DNA of 64,000 nt from a bacterium. GTDB taxonomy: Bacteria > Patescibacteriota > Minisyncoccia > Phycocordibacterales > UBA5272. Positions within the stretch are counted from its first letter, which is position 1. Each line of letters begins with the position of its first letter. The position numbers and the translations under genes were made by a program. Positions 39,486 to 49,964 of this stretch are shown piece after piece. The stretch covers positions 66,165-130,164 of the forward strand of contig JAHFNB010000003.1 in the NCBI GenBank assembly GCA_023267595.1, written 5' to 3'. The notes under the pieces were generated by a model that was not told the origin of the DNA, did not search any database, and saw only the letters and a program-made list of their open reading frames with translations.

Positions 39486-40515
39486 CAGTGTTTTGTACTA
39501 GTATATCTTTAAAAGTTTCAATATGTTCTAGAATAACTCCTGTTCCACGCGCAACTGCCGTAAGAGGATCATCTGCAATAGTCACAGGAACTTTTAATTG
39601 CATTTCAAGTAACTGTGGAAGATTCCGGATCATGGCACCACCACCTGAGAGTACCATTCCTTTATGCATAATATCTGATAATACTTCAGGTGGTGTAGTT
39701 TCCAATACTTCACGAATTGCCTCGACTAATTGAGCAACAGACGCATACATTGCTTCACGAATATCTACATCAGTAATAATGGCTTCACGAGGAAGTCCTG
39801 TCACAAGATCACGTCCCTTAACACTTAATTCTTCTCCTTCCCTATCTGGCAAAGCAGAACCAATAGTAATTTTTATACGTTCTCCTGTTTTTTCTCCTAT
39901 TAACATTTTAAACTCATCACGCATATAACTAATAATATCTTCGGTGAGTTTATCGCCTGCTACTTTTATTGATTTTGCACGCACAACACCAGAGAGTGCA
40001 ATCACTGCAATATCAGTTGTACCACCACCAATATCGACAATCATGCTTCCAACTGGATCGTGTATTGGCATATGAACACCAATCGCGGCTGCCATTGGTT
40101 CTTCGACAATATACACTTCACGTGCACCGGCTGACTTTGCTGCATCATACACTGCACGCATTTCTACATTTGTAATACCAACAGGAATACCAATAACAAC
40201 ACGTGGGCGTAATAATTTTTTGTCTGAATCATTTGCTTTATTAATAAAATACGAAAGCATTTCTTCAGTAACTTCATAATCTGAAATAACACCATCAACA
40301 AGAGGTCGTACAATACGAATATGTGATGGTGTACGTCCCATCATATCTTTTGCTTCTGTCCCAACTGCAACAACACGAGATGTTTTTGTATTTAAAGCAA
40401 CAACTGAAGGTTCATTGATAACAATACCTCGCCCACGAAGATAGACAAGACAATTTGCAGTACCTAAATCAATCCCAATATCATTAGAAAATTGTCGATA
40501 AAATCGCTCAAACAT
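39466..40515 (-). CDS. mreB: rod shape-determining protein MreB
   Basis: GIDLGTANCLVY and the actin-fold phosphate loops are present over 349 aa. Confidence 0.9.
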   Translation of the reverse strand: MFERFYRQFSNDIGIDLGTANCLVYLRGRGIVINEPSVVALNTKTSRVVAVGTEAKDMMGRTPSHIRIVRPLVDGVISDYEVTEEMLSYFINKANDSDKKLLRPRVVIGIPVGITNVEMRAVYDAAKSAGAREVYIVEEPMAAAIGVHMPIHDPVGSMIVDIGGGTTDIAVIALSGVVRAKSIKVAGDKLTEDIISYMRDEFKMLIGEKTGERIKITIGSALPDREGEELSVKGRDLVTGLPREAIITDVDIREAMYASVAQLVEAIREVLETTPPEVLSDIMHKGMVLSGGGAMIRNLPQLLEMQLKVPVTIADDPLTAVARGTGVILEHIETFKDILVQNTDDISFR

Positions 40516-40611
40516 AGGAGCATTCTAGCATAAAGAATGATACTCGTATCCTTTACAAAATTACCCAATTTATGTAGTGTAAATACGTCTTCTGTTACAG
40601 ACTTTTATTTC

Positions 40612-41889
40612 TTAACACTCTTTCGTATACATAGTGAGTAATTGTTCGATAGTCACTATTTCACTTTTTTCAGATTTTCTTTCTTTTATTTCAACACCTC
40701 CACTTGCAAGTGATTTATCACTTACAACAACACGCATAGGAATACCTATCAAGTCACTATCAGCAAATTTTGCTCCAGCAGACTCTTCTCTATCATCAAA
40801 TAAAACTTCTACATGCGCATCAGTTAAATTCTTATATAATTGCTCTGCTTTTTCATACGACTCTCCACTTTTATCTTTTGAAAGAGTTAGTAAGTGTATT
40901 GAAAATGGTGCAATTGATTCTGGCCAGATGAGTCCTTTATCATCAGCATATTTTTCAACAATAACTCCCATAAGGCGTGTAGGACCAATTCCATAACACC
41001 CCATGTACACATCTTTCTTGTCTCCATTTTCATCAGTATAGGTATAATCAAATGCTTTGCTAAACTTTGTATTAAGAGGAAATATATTTCCTACTTCACA
41101 TGCTTTCACTTGTTCAAAGGCGGTAAAATCAATCCCCAACTTTTGTGCATTTTCATCAGTAACAACCTCTTTGTTATATGCGATATTATTTTTTCTATCG
41201 AGATATATTGTGTCTTCACCTGCTTCACAGAGCGTTTGAAATTCATGTGAGAAATCTTTTGTAAAATCTCCTCCTCCTGCAAGAGTTATAAAAGTATCAT
41301 CACCAAGACCTATTTCACGAAAGATATCTAAGTAGGATTTTTTTGCAATTTCATAGTACGTCTTTAAGTCATCTTCATCTTTATGGAAACTATATAAATC
41401 TTTCATTCGAAACTCCCTCCCACGAAGAAGTCCAGATTTTGCACGTGCTTCATTACGAAACTTTGTTTGAATCTGATAAAAAGAAACAGGTAAATCTTTG
41501 TATGAACGTGTGTATTCCTGAGCAATAGGTGTAATCATTTCTTCATGTGTAGAACCTAAAATATACGAAGCAGATGATTTTTCTTCGGATACTTTGTTTG
41601 CAGGAAGTGTTTTCATGAGAACATCAACTGTTTCAATACGTCCCGTTGTCTCCCATGTTTCTTTTGGAGATAATGCGGTCATGAGAAGTTCATTTCCTAT
41701 TTGATCCATGTGACGACGAATACTACTTTCTATTTTTGAAAGAACACGAAGCCCAAGCGGAAGCATAGTATAGACTCCTGCCATCTCCTTATGAATAAAT
41801 CCTGCACGAGTAAGTAAAATTGCATTCTTGGAAACTTCATCTTTCGGAGCATCCTTTCTGGTTTTGGTAAATAAATGTGATTGTCGCAT
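40612..41889 (-). CDS. proS: prolyl-tRNA synthetase, short form without the editing domain
   Basis: MRQSHLFTKTRKDAPKDEVSKNAILLTRAGFIHKEMAGVYTMLPLGLRVL parallels the ProRS N-terminus. The class II core is present over 425 aa. Confidence 0.8.
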   Translation of the reverse strand: MRQSHLFTKTRKDAPKDEVSKNAILLTRAGFIHKEMAGVYTMLPLGLRVLSKIESSIRRHMDQIGNELLMTALSPKETWETTGRIETVDVLMKTLPANKVSEEKSSASYILGSTHEEMITPIAQEYTRSYKDLPVSFYQIQTKFRNEARAKSGLLRGREFRMKDLYSFHKDEDDLKTYYEIAKKSYLDIFREIGLGDDTFITLAGGGDFTKDFSHEFQTLCEAGEDTIYLDRKNNIAYNKEVVTDENAQKLGIDFTAFEQVKACEVGNIFPLNTKFSKAFDYTYTDENGDKKDVYMGCYGIGPTRLMGVIVEKYADDKGLIWPESIAPFSIHLLTLSKDKSGESYEKAEQLYKNLTDAHVEVLFDDREESAGAKFADSDLIGIPMRVVVSDKSLASGGVEIKERKSEKSEIVTIEQLLTMYTKEC

Positions 41890-41904
41890 GAAAAATAGTA
41901 TACC

Positions 41905-43014
41905 TTATCCTCTAATGTCATGAATAGTCACAAGAACAAGGAGAAGAATAAGCATAAAAAATCCAACTACGTTTACAAGTGAATAATATTTAAATGGGAC
42001 TTTACGTTTCGTTATAGTTTCAAAACATACCACAATAATTCTCCCTCCATCTAATGCAGGAAGGGGAAGACTATTGAAGATTGCTAAATTAATAGAAAGG
42101 ACTGCAACAAGGGTAAGTATAGAAGCAATACCAGTACTACTAGTTTCCCCTACTATTTTTGCTATACCAATTGGACCAGAAAGTGATGATAAAATATTCT
42201 CTCCTTTTCCTAAGGATGTAACAAGAGACAACAAACCACTAAGAGTTGTTACCGTCATATCGTACGTTTGTCTACTTCCTATCTTTATTGCTTCGCCAAG
42301 TGATGTCTCTATTGTTCCAACACTATCTACTGATATTCCTATCACTTTTTTCTCAGGAACAATACCATACACCGATGCTATTACTGTTTGTGCAATGGTA
42401 CCATCAGTTCGTCTATAGGTAATTGCAAATGCATCATTTGGATGATTCCCAATAAATGAAACAAGAGACGTTGCTGTTGTTAGATTTGCTTGCATCCCAC
42501 CTGCGGTTACTTTTATAAGAATACTTCCTGGAACAATGCCGGCTTGATATGCAGGACTTTCACGAACTGCATCTATCACAATTAATTGTGTGTTCTTCAC
42601 ACGAGACCCATAGACTGCATCACTTGTGCTTATATGTACATTTCCATATGAAATACCTATGAAGATAACGAGTGCAAGAAGCATATTCATAACAACACCT
42701 GCAACAAGCACAGATAATTGTGCCCACCAAGGTCTATTACCAAATGCACGAGGATGATTCTTTGCCCCACCTTCTAATCCATCTTCTTTACTGCCATTTT
42801 CTCCCCAAATAGAAACAAAGCCACCGAGTGGTAGTGAATTAATAGTATAGGTCGTCTCACCATGCTTTTTTGAAAATAACTTTGGTGGAAACCCAAAGGC
42901 AAACTCATCTACTCGCATATTTGTCCACTTTGCTACTATAAAATGTCCGAACTCATGCACAATGACCAAAACAAGTAAAATAACTAAAAATAGAAAAATG
43001 GAAAATAATGACAT
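41905..43014 (-). CDS. rseP: RIP zinc metalloprotease RseP (site-2 protease)
   Basis: HEFGHFIVAKW is an HExxH motif. The protein also has a PDZ region and a C-terminal transmembrane segment. Confidence 0.8.
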   Translation of the reverse strand: MSLFSIFLFLVILLVLVIVHEFGHFIVAKWTNMRVDEFAFGFPPKLFSKKHGETTYTINSLPLGGFVSIWGENGSKEDGLEGGAKNHPRAFGNRPWWAQLSVLVAGVVMNMLLALVIFIGISYGNVHISTSDAVYGSRVKNTQLIVIDAVRESPAYQAGIVPGSILIKVTAGGMQANLTTATSLVSFIGNHPNDAFAITYRRTDGTIAQTVIASVYGIVPEKKVIGISVDSVGTIETSLGEAIKIGSRQTYDMTVTTLSGLLSLVTSLGKGENILSSLSGPIGIAKIVGETSSTGIASILTLVAVLSINLAIFNSLPLPALDGGRIIVVCFETITKRKVPFKYYSLVNVVGFFMLILLLVLVTIHDIRG

Positions 43015-43049
43015 AAAGACCAGTATAACAGATAGACACTCGTAGTTAT

Positions 43050-43604
43050 TTACTCTCCCATTACTTCTTTTTGTTTCTTTTCAAAAAGTTCTTCAAGTGT
43101 TGTATTTGTAGCATCTACTATTTTTTGACATTCTGCACGTAATCTATGTTGCTCATCTTCACCAAACTCTCCTTCTTTTGCTTTTTTATCAATATCTTTA
43201 TTGGTATCTTCACGTAGAGAGCGTACTTTAACGCGTGCATCTTCAAGTCTATCTTTTAAGAGTTTTACCAATTTTTCTCGAGTCTCCGTTGTAAGAGACG
43301 GAAAATGTACACGAAGTCCCTGATCATCTGTCGAAACTGACAATCCTAAATCTGCTTCGTTGATTGCTTTTTCCATTTGACCAAACACACTTTTATCCCA
43401 CGGTGCTACTCGAAGTGTTCGAGGATCTTCAATCGTAATACTTGCCGCATGAGCAATTGCGGTACGTGCTCCATACATATCTATATGAACCAAATCAAGA
43501 ACTTGAGGTGTTGCACGACCTGTTTGAATAGAACGATATTCACTTTTTAACCAATCAATTATTTTTTCTATTGAAAGATGTATCTCGTTAAAATTAAATG
43601 CCAT
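43050..43604 (-). CDS. frr: ribosome recycling factor
   Basis: The 184-aa product has an RRF signature (MAFNFNEIHLSIEKIIDWLKSEYRSIQTGRA). Confidence 0.9.
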   Translation of the reverse strand: MAFNFNEIHLSIEKIIDWLKSEYRSIQTGRATPQVLDLVHIDMYGARTAIAHAASITIEDPRTLRVAPWDKSVFGQMEKAINEADLGLSVSTDDQGLRVHFPSLTTETREKLVKLLKDRLEDARVKVRSLREDTNKDIDKKAKEGEFGEDEQHRLRAECQKIVDATNTTLEELFEKKQKEVMGE

Positions 43605-43625
43605 ATATAAAGTATAGAGATTATA

Positions 43626-44306
43626 TCACTTTACAACAGGAAGCGACAATGCGAGATATTCCAATAGTGCCTTACCTGATGCAGAAGCATCTGACGCATA
43701 TGATGCCATATACAATGTATCTAACACATATCGTGACTCTATTTTTTTTTCTGAAAGAAGTAAGGCAATCGAAAGTATAAACTGTCGGACTGCTTCTCTG
43801 TCTTTTCTACCTTCTTCATCTATACGTGCAAGTAATTCAATAATAAATAGTAACTTCATTCGTAATGAATGTGGTGTTTGTAAAAACTCCTTTACTTTAT
43901 CTTCATGCTTCATGCTCCGTTCTTCGTTTTGTATTTTCATTTCATGCACCCGTGAAAGTATCGTACCTATAAGATTTTCTTTATTACTTGTAAGTACTAT
44001 AAATCGCACACCAACTGGTGGTTCTTCAAGTATCTTAAGCATCGCATTTTGTGCAGGAACAGATGCAGTATGAAAAGAAATAAGTCCAATTTTTTCATCA
44101 TTATATGGTGTATATGCCCACGTAATAATGGTACGTGCAGTTTCTATATCTAAAACAGTTTGATTAAAAAATCTATGTGCAGGTGATACCATTTGTAATT
44201 CTTGAAAAAGTACATCTGCTATATCATCACGTTTTTCATGAACGATAAGCACAGCATGATGTGTAGGTATTTCAGAGAGTTTCATAGATAAAGTATAGCA
44301 AATCAA
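43626..44306 (-). CDS. holB: DNA polymerase III delta'-like protein, short and without a P-loop
   Basis: NAMLKILEEPPVGVRFIVLTSNKENLIGTILSRV matches the clamp-loader LKxLEEPP...SR motif. No GxxGxGK Walker A is visible. Confidence 0.55.
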   Translation of the reverse strand: MICYTLSMKLSEIPTHHAVLIVHEKRDDIADVLFQELQMVSPAHRFFNQTVLDIETARTIITWAYTPYNDEKIGLISFHTASVPAQNAMLKILEEPPVGVRFIVLTSNKENLIGTILSRVHEMKIQNEERSMKHEDKVKEFLQTPHSLRMKLLFIIELLARIDEEGRKDREAVRQFILSIALLLSEKKIESRYVLDTLYMASYASDASASGKALLEYLALSLPVVK

Positions 44307-44346
44307 TACTCATACCTAAGGAGCATCAAAAACAGGTTAATCTTTT

Positions 44347-45399
44347 TTATTTCTTAGCAAAAATTGAACGTTTATAAGTATCCAAATGTTCTAGCGCAAT
44401 ACCTGTTCCTTTTGCAACACAATAAAATGCATCTTCTGCAAGCACTGCTTTTACACCAGTACGACGTTCGACCAAGTCCGGAAAATGACGAAGCATTGAT
44501 GAACCACCACTCATAATAATCCCATTATCAATAATATCACTTGCTAATTCTGGTGGAGTTTCTTGAAGGACATCTTTTATTGCTTTAATCATCATACGTA
44601 ATTCTTTATCAATTGCTTTTACAATTTCATTTGTTCTAATTTCAACAGTACGTGGAAGTCCTGCAATAAAATCACGCCCTTTTACTTTCATAGCCAATTC
44701 TTCCTCAACAGGAAGTGCAGACCCGATTTTGATTTTTATTTCTTCTGCAGTTTGATCTCCAATTGCGAGATTATATGTCTTCTTAATGTAATCAATAATT
44801 GCTTGATCAACTTTATTTCCTGCACACTTCACTGAAGTAGAACACACAATACCTCCAAGCGAAATCACTGCAACATCTGTTGTACCACCACCAATGTCCA
44901 CTATCATTCTTCCTTGTGCTTCATGGATAGGAATACCCGCACCAATTGCAGCAAGAATCGGTTCTTTTACAACGTATGCATTTCGGGCACCGGCTTTTAA
45001 TGCTGCTTCAATAACTGCGCGTCGTTCAGTAGATGTAACTCCTGCAGGTACAGAAATCATAACGTCGGGTTTAAATATATTGAATCCTCCAAGTGCTTTA
45101 TTAATATAATAACGAAGCATTGCTTCTGTAACACGATAATCTGCAATCACTCCATCACGCATCGGACGATATGCAATAATAGAATCAGGAGTTTTTCCAA
45201 TCATATCTTTTGCTTCATTTCCTACTGCCATTATTTTGTTATCAATTTCAGATACTGCAACAACAGATGGTTCAACAAGTACGACACCTTTTCCTGGAAG
45301 ATATACAAGCGTGTTTGCTGTTCCCAAATCAATACCAAGTGACTTTATGAAAAAACCCATAGATGAGTGTATTATACCATACTTATAATTGCCCTGCAT
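44347..45399 (-). CDS. MreB-like actin homolog (second paralog)
   Basis: GIDLGTANTLVYL and the actin-fold motifs are present. This is a paralog of the mreB at 39466..40515. Confidence 0.85.
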   Translation of the reverse strand: MQGNYKYGIIHSSMGFFIKSLGIDLGTANTLVYLPGKGVVLVEPSVVAVSEIDNKIMAVGNEAKDMIGKTPDSIIAYRPMRDGVIADYRVTEAMLRYYINKALGGFNIFKPDVMISVPAGVTSTERRAVIEAALKAGARNAYVVKEPILAAIGAGIPIHEAQGRMIVDIGGGTTDVAVISLGGIVCSTSVKCAGNKVDQAIIDYIKKTYNLAIGDQTAEEIKIKIGSALPVEEELAMKVKGRDFIAGLPRTVEIRTNEIVKAIDKELRMMIKAIKDVLQETPPELASDIIDNGIIMSGGSSMLRHFPDLVERRTGVKAVLAEDAFYCVAKGTGIALEHLDTYKRSIFAKK

Positions 45400-45473
45400 G
45401 CCAAAAAATCCTTATAAAATAAGCATTTTTCGTACATATCAGTGACTTTCCTTTACTGGTATACTGACATAGT

Positions 45474-47336
45474 ATGAGAGTCTTAACAGTTGCGCCACTT
45501 GCTACAGGAATCCCTTACGAAGAACTTTCTTATTTCTCAAAAGATGATGTAGAAGCAGGTGATCTAGTTGAAGTGTTAATAAAACGCAGAATATGCCGTG
45601 CACTTGTTATAGATTCTCAAGAAGCACAATCAGAACGCCAATCTCTACGTCATGCATCATTTGGTCTTAAAAAAATTTCAAGAGTTATCACCAAAGAATT
45701 TTTACCACATCGTATATGGAATGCATTAACCTACGCATCATCCTATCTTATGATTCCTCTTGGAATAGTACTCTATGATTTACTCTCGGAAAAATCTTTT
45801 GATATGCTCGTACCACTTTCTATTCCACATGAAGGAAAAGGGTTTGAAATACTTCTCTTAGAACAAAATTATGAAAATCGTATCACACGATATAAAACAA
45901 CTATTCGTGAAACATTTTCAAAAAAGAAATCTCTAGTAATTTTCTTTCCCACTATTACTGACCTTGAATATGCACAAGAAAAACTTTCTCGAGGTATTGA
46001 TGACTACGTCATTACATTACATAGTGGCCTTACCGACAAGCAATATAAAGCATCCTTACATACATTACATAATGAAACTCACCCACTTTTAATTCTTTCT
46101 ACACCATCACTACTTCCATGGATTCGAAGCGACCTAGGCCTCACCATTATTGAACGAGAGCATAGTCATTATTACTACACACATGGTGATGATGGATATG
46201 ATATGCGTTTTGTTATAGAACAACTTTCTCACGGTGCAAATATCCCCTGTCTCTTAGGATCACATATGCTCACACTTCGTGCACACATGCTCTACAAACA
46301 AAAAGATGCTCATGAAGTTATGCCACTTCAATTTCGAAATGATTCCCCTATTTCAGTAGTTCCTATGACAGATGAAAATATAAGTGCAAGCCCATACTTA
46401 TCCCGCATTGCACTATCTATACTGCACCAATCATCTCTTTTAAAACAAGGACACTACTTTTTATATGCACATAGAAAAGGTATGTACCCAACAACAATAT
46501 GCTCTGATTGCGGAACATTATTTACGTGTCCAAAATGCAATCGTCCTTATGTACTTCATAATATTGGTGGTATACGCACGTATGTATGTCACGGATGTGA
46601 ACATATAGTTCAACTAACTGAAGATATAACACTTTCATGTCGTCATTGTGGAGGATGGCGTATGGCAACCCTTGGTATTGCAACAACAGGTGTAGAAGAA
46701 GAACTAAAACGTCTCCTTATTCCCACGTTTATTATTGATGGCGAACATACTAATACTCGTACAAAAGTAAAAAAGGTTTATAAAGATTGGATGGAGGCAC
46801 CATATGGTGTACTTATCGGAACAGAAATGGCACACAACGTTGTTGAAGTATGTGATGGTATTATTATCCTTTCTCTTGACTCACTCTTTTCTCTTCCTGA
46901 GTATCGTACTGATGAAAAAATTTTGAATCTCGTTACAGAAATGGCAGAAAAAGTTCGTAATGATAGTGAACATCATGGAAAATTAATACTACAGACACGA
47001 TTAAAAAAGATGCCAGTTATAGATCAAGTAACTGCAGCAAGTTTTAAAGATGTATACGATACACTCCTTAAAGAACGAGAACAGTTTTTATTACCCCCTT
47101 TTTATACAGTAATAAAAGCATCATTTAATAATCTCCCTGATGCTCTTCGTAGTCGTATGGAACAAGAACTAGAACCATATGTTGTAGAATGGTTTGAACA
47201 TGGCCGTGGTGTTACACTCCTTTTTATTCATATTAAAGAAAGTGAATGGGCAAATAATCCTTCTGTACGAGAACGCATTAAAAGAATTGTGTATGATGGA
47301 AAACCACATATAAATCCACTACATTTTTTTATATAA
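45474..47336 (+). CDS. priA: primosomal protein N' (PriA) homolog with degenerate ATPase motifs
   Basis: A Cys-rich zinc-binding region is present (CSDCG...CPKCN...CHGCEH...CRHCGG). LHSGL and GTEMA motifs align to PriA. The priA-def-fmt synteny is conserved. Walker A reads HEGKGFE and Walker B reads IIEREH, both non-canonical. Confidence 0.7.
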   Translation: MRVLTVAPLATGIPYEELSYFSKDDVEAGDLVEVLIKRRICRALVIDSQEAQSERQSLRHASFGLKKISRVITKEFLPHRIWNALTYASSYLMIPLGIVLYDLLSEKSFDMLVPLSIPHEGKGFEILLLEQNYENRITRYKTTIRETFSKKKSLVIFFPTITDLEYAQEKLSRGIDDYVITLHSGLTDKQYKASLHTLHNETHPLLILSTPSLLPWIRSDLGLTIIEREHSHYYYTHGDDGYDMRFVIEQLSHGANIPCLLGSHMLTLRAHMLYKQKDAHEVMPLQFRNDSPISVVPMTDENISASPYLSRIALSILHQSSLLKQGHYFLYAHRKGMYPTTICSDCGTLFTCPKCNRPYVLHNIGGIRTYVCHGCEHIVQLTEDITLSCRHCGGWRMATLGIATTGVEEELKRLLIPTFIIDGEHTNTRTKVKKVYKDWMEAPYGVLIGTEMAHNVVEVCDGIIILSLDSLFSLPEYRTDEKILNLVTEMAEKVRNDSEHHGKLILQTRLKKMPVIDQVTAASFKDVYDTLLKEREQFLLPPFYTVIKASFNNLPDALRSRMEQELEPYVVEWFEHGRGVTLLFIHIKESEWANNPSVRERIKRIVYDGKPHINPLHFFI

Positions 47337-47375
47337 TTACTGGCTACCATTGACTATTTATGGTAAAATAGTGTT

Positions 47376-47915
47376 ATGAAAGTGCCGCATACGATTATTC
47401 AAATAGACAAACGTAAAGATAATCCTCTACGTAAACATGCACGACTTATTACAAAAGATGAGTTTAATACTCCATACCTACAAGATGTTATTTTTGCAAT
47501 GCATGAAGCACTCAGTAAAGAATCAGACGGGGTTGCACTTGCTGCACCACAAATTGGACTTTCTCTTTCTATCTTTGTTGTATCTCCAAATGCATATCCA
47601 CCAGACACAAAAACAAAACCCCTTGTTTTTATAAATCCGCGTATTGTTAAAAAATCAAAGAAAACTGCAGAATTACAAGAAGGATGTCTCTCAGTCAGAT
47701 GGATATACGGAACAACAAGACGTGCACTCAATGCAACTGTAGAGGCTTATGATGTATCTGGCAAGAAATTTACCTATGGAGCATCCGGTCTTATTGCTCA
47801 TATTTTTCAACATGAGATAGATCATTTATCTGGAATACTTTTTACTGACCATGGTTTCAATTTCGAAGAATATACAGAGGAAGAAGTAAGAGAAGCCACA
47901 AAGAAGAAAAAATAA
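47376..47915 (+). CDS. def: peptide deformylase
   Basis: The three deformylase motifs are present: LAAPQIG, EGCLS and HEIDHL. Confidence 0.9.
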   Translation: MKVPHTIIQIDKRKDNPLRKHARLITKDEFNTPYLQDVIFAMHEALSKESDGVALAAPQIGLSLSIFVVSPNAYPPDTKTKPLVFINPRIVKKSKKTAELQEGCLSVRWIYGTTRRALNATVEAYDVSGKKFTYGASGLIAHIFQHEIDHLSGILFTDHGFNFEEYTEEEVREATKKKK

Positions 47916-47917
47916 TT

Positions 47918-48799
47918 ATGAGTACTCCTATTTCTTTTGCATTTTTTGGTACAGGAGCACTTGCTGAAAGTGTTCTTGCATCCCTTGTACGTAACGGATA
48001 CCCACCAAACCTTATTGTCACAAAACCAGATGCACCATCTGGTCGTCATATGCATATGACATCCCCTCATATAAAAGTATGGGGAGATATGAAAGAAATA
48101 CCTGTACTACAACCAAATACATTAGATGACGTTTTTATCTCTCACCTACCACCTATCACCTTTGACCTATTCATCGTTGCTAGTTATGGAAAAATAATTC
48201 CTGAAACTATTTTATCTATTCCAAAACATGGTGTACTTAATGTTCATCCATCACTCCTACCAGAATATCGTGGACCTTCCCCTATTGAATCAGTACTACT
48301 TGATGGAAAGATAACAACTGGTGTAAGTATTATGCAATTAGACAAAGAAATGGATCATGGGCCAATACTTGTACAAAATGCATTTATGATAAATCCTGAA
48401 GAAACTTCAGGTACTCTAGAAGTACGCGCGGGTCAACTCGGCGGTGATTTACTTTCACAAATACTTCCTTCATATATAGATGGATCACTCATTCCACAAG
48501 AACAGGATCACGAAAAAGCAACTATTTGTAAAAAAATTACAAAAGAAATGGGAGAAATAAAACTAACTAATAGTGCAGATGACCTACGTAGAAAATTCCG
48601 TGCACTTACTCCATGGCCCTCAGTTTATTTTTTTATTACACATCATGATAAACAAATACGTGTAAAAGTAACAGGAGTAGATTTAGTAACTCCATTCGAA
48701 AACACTGTTACTGCAGAAGAAATAATAACTTCAGTCATACCAGAAGGTAAAAAAGAGATGGATTTTGAAAGTTTTAAACGAGGATATATGGGTAGTTAA
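47918..48799 (+). CDS. fmt: methionyl-tRNA formyltransferase
   Basis: HPSLLPEYRGPSPIE is the formyltransferase core. The gene follows def. Confidence 0.9.
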   Translation: MSTPISFAFFGTGALAESVLASLVRNGYPPNLIVTKPDAPSGRHMHMTSPHIKVWGDMKEIPVLQPNTLDDVFISHLPPITFDLFIVASYGKIIPETILSIPKHGVLNVHPSLLPEYRGPSPIESVLLDGKITTGVSIMQLDKEMDHGPILVQNAFMINPEETSGTLEVRAGQLGGDLLSQILPSYIDGSLIPQEQDHEKATICKKITKEMGEIKLTNSADDLRRKFRALTPWPSVYFFITHHDKQIRVKVTGVDLVTPFENTVTAEEIITSVIPEGKKEMDFESFKRGYMGS

Positions 48800-48865
48800 C
48801 AGACAACAGAAATTCAAAAAACAAGGACTTATATTTTAAAAAAACCAAAGTAATTTTATTGTGTT

Positions 48866-49594
48866 TTATTTGATATCGATTTTTTGTACGATAACATCCT
48901 GCACAGGTCTATCTCCACTATCTGTTGAAGTGTTTCCAATAGAGAGTGCAACATCCAACCCTTTTGTGACATGACCAAACACAGTATGTTTACCGATCAA
49001 CCACGGAGTACCTGCAACTGCAGTTACAATAAAGAATTGACTGCCATTTGTATTTGGTCCAGCATTTGCCATTGCAAGAGTCCCTTGTGCGAATTGATCT
49101 CCGGCGTGGAATTCGTCTTTAAATGTATATCCAGGACCTCCTGTTCCCCAACGCATTTTTTGAGCAACATCTTTTGAAAGTGGATCACCACCTTGAATCA
49201 TAAAGTCACGAATGACACGATGAAAACGAGTTCCATCATAAAATCCTGAAACTGCTAACTTTGCAAAGTTCTGTACAGTATGTGGTGTATCTGTTGCAAA
49301 TACAATTTCAATAACACCTTTGTTTGTTGTAATGGTTGCACTGGTAATTTTCTCTGGAAGATTCATAGTAGTAGTTGCTTTTGTAGTTATTTTATTTATA
49401 GTAGTAGTTGCTTTTGTAGTGGTTGTTTGTGTTTTATTTGTAGTCTCTATGCTCTGTGTACTTGATGCTGCTAGTTGTTCTACTTGTACTTGTGGTAAGT
49501 CCATATTTCCTTGTAAAAAATAAGCAATACCCCCTAGAACGACAATAAGAAGGGTTATTACTACATAGGTAACTTTTGTATCATGATCTATCAT
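48866..49594 (-). CDS. membrane-anchored cyclophilin-type peptidyl-prolyl isomerase with a Thr-rich linker
   Basis: It has an N-terminal transmembrane segment, a T/K-rich low-complexity linker and a cyclophilin domain (HRVIRDFMIQGGDP). Confidence 0.8.
   Translation of the reverse strand: MIDHDTKVTYVVITLLIVVLGGIAYFLQGNMDLPQVQVEQLAASSTQSIETTNKTQTTTTKATTTINKITTKATTTMNLPEKITSATITTNKGVIEIVFATDTPHTVQNFAKLAVSGFYDGTRFHRVIRDFMIQGGDPLSKDVAQKMRWGTGGPGYTFKDEFHAGDQFAQGTLAMANAGPNTNGSQFFIVTAVAGTPWLIGKHTVFGHVTKGLDVALSIGNTSTDSGDRPVQDVIVQKIDIK
49341..49460. repeat. tandem ~21-nt repeat encoding the Thr-rich linker of the cyclophilin
   Basis: AGTAGTAGTTGCTTTTGTAGT is repeated, encoding KATTT(I/M)N repeats on the minus strand. 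Confidence 0.6.
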
Positions 49595-49601
49595 AGGTAA
49601 T

Positions 49602-49964
49602 TTATACTAATCGTTTTAATAATGCTTTTACTTTATGTGCACTTCGTCTAAACACAGAACGCTCTTTATCTTTATATGAGGCTATTTCTCGTGTCAGCAT
49701 ATCTTTTAATGTATCTATCGCTTTATACAAATCATCTTGTGTTGTACGCATCATCGTTTCTTTTCCTCGTATATGTAATTGTGCTTCTGCCTGAAACACA
49801 TCTCCATGTTGATGATGATTTGTTGTTTTTGAAAGTTCAACGGAAAGTTTTGCACTCGTATCATCACGCGGAATATATTTTTCTAATGCTTCCATTTTCG
49901 TAAGTACATAGTCACGTATTGCGTCTGTCATCTCCATATGAACACCAGTGATTATAATATGCAT
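49602..49964 (-). CDS. hpf: ribosome hibernation promoting factor (RaiA/YfiA family)
   Basis: MHIIITGVHMEMTDAIRDYVLTKMEALEKYI is an S30AE/HPF N-terminus. Confidence 0.8.
   Translation of the reverse strand: MHIIITGVHMEMTDAIRDYVLTKMEALEKYIPRDDTSAKLSVELSKTTNHHQHGDVFQAEAQLHIRGKETMMRTTQDDLYKAIDTLKDMLTREIASYKDKERSVFRRSAHKVKALLKRLV

Noticed and set aside
49280-49523. Two Cys/Val-rich plus-strand ORFs (61 and 67 aa)
   Set aside because: They are antisense to the Thr-rich repeat of the cyclophilin gene and are low-complexity artefacts.
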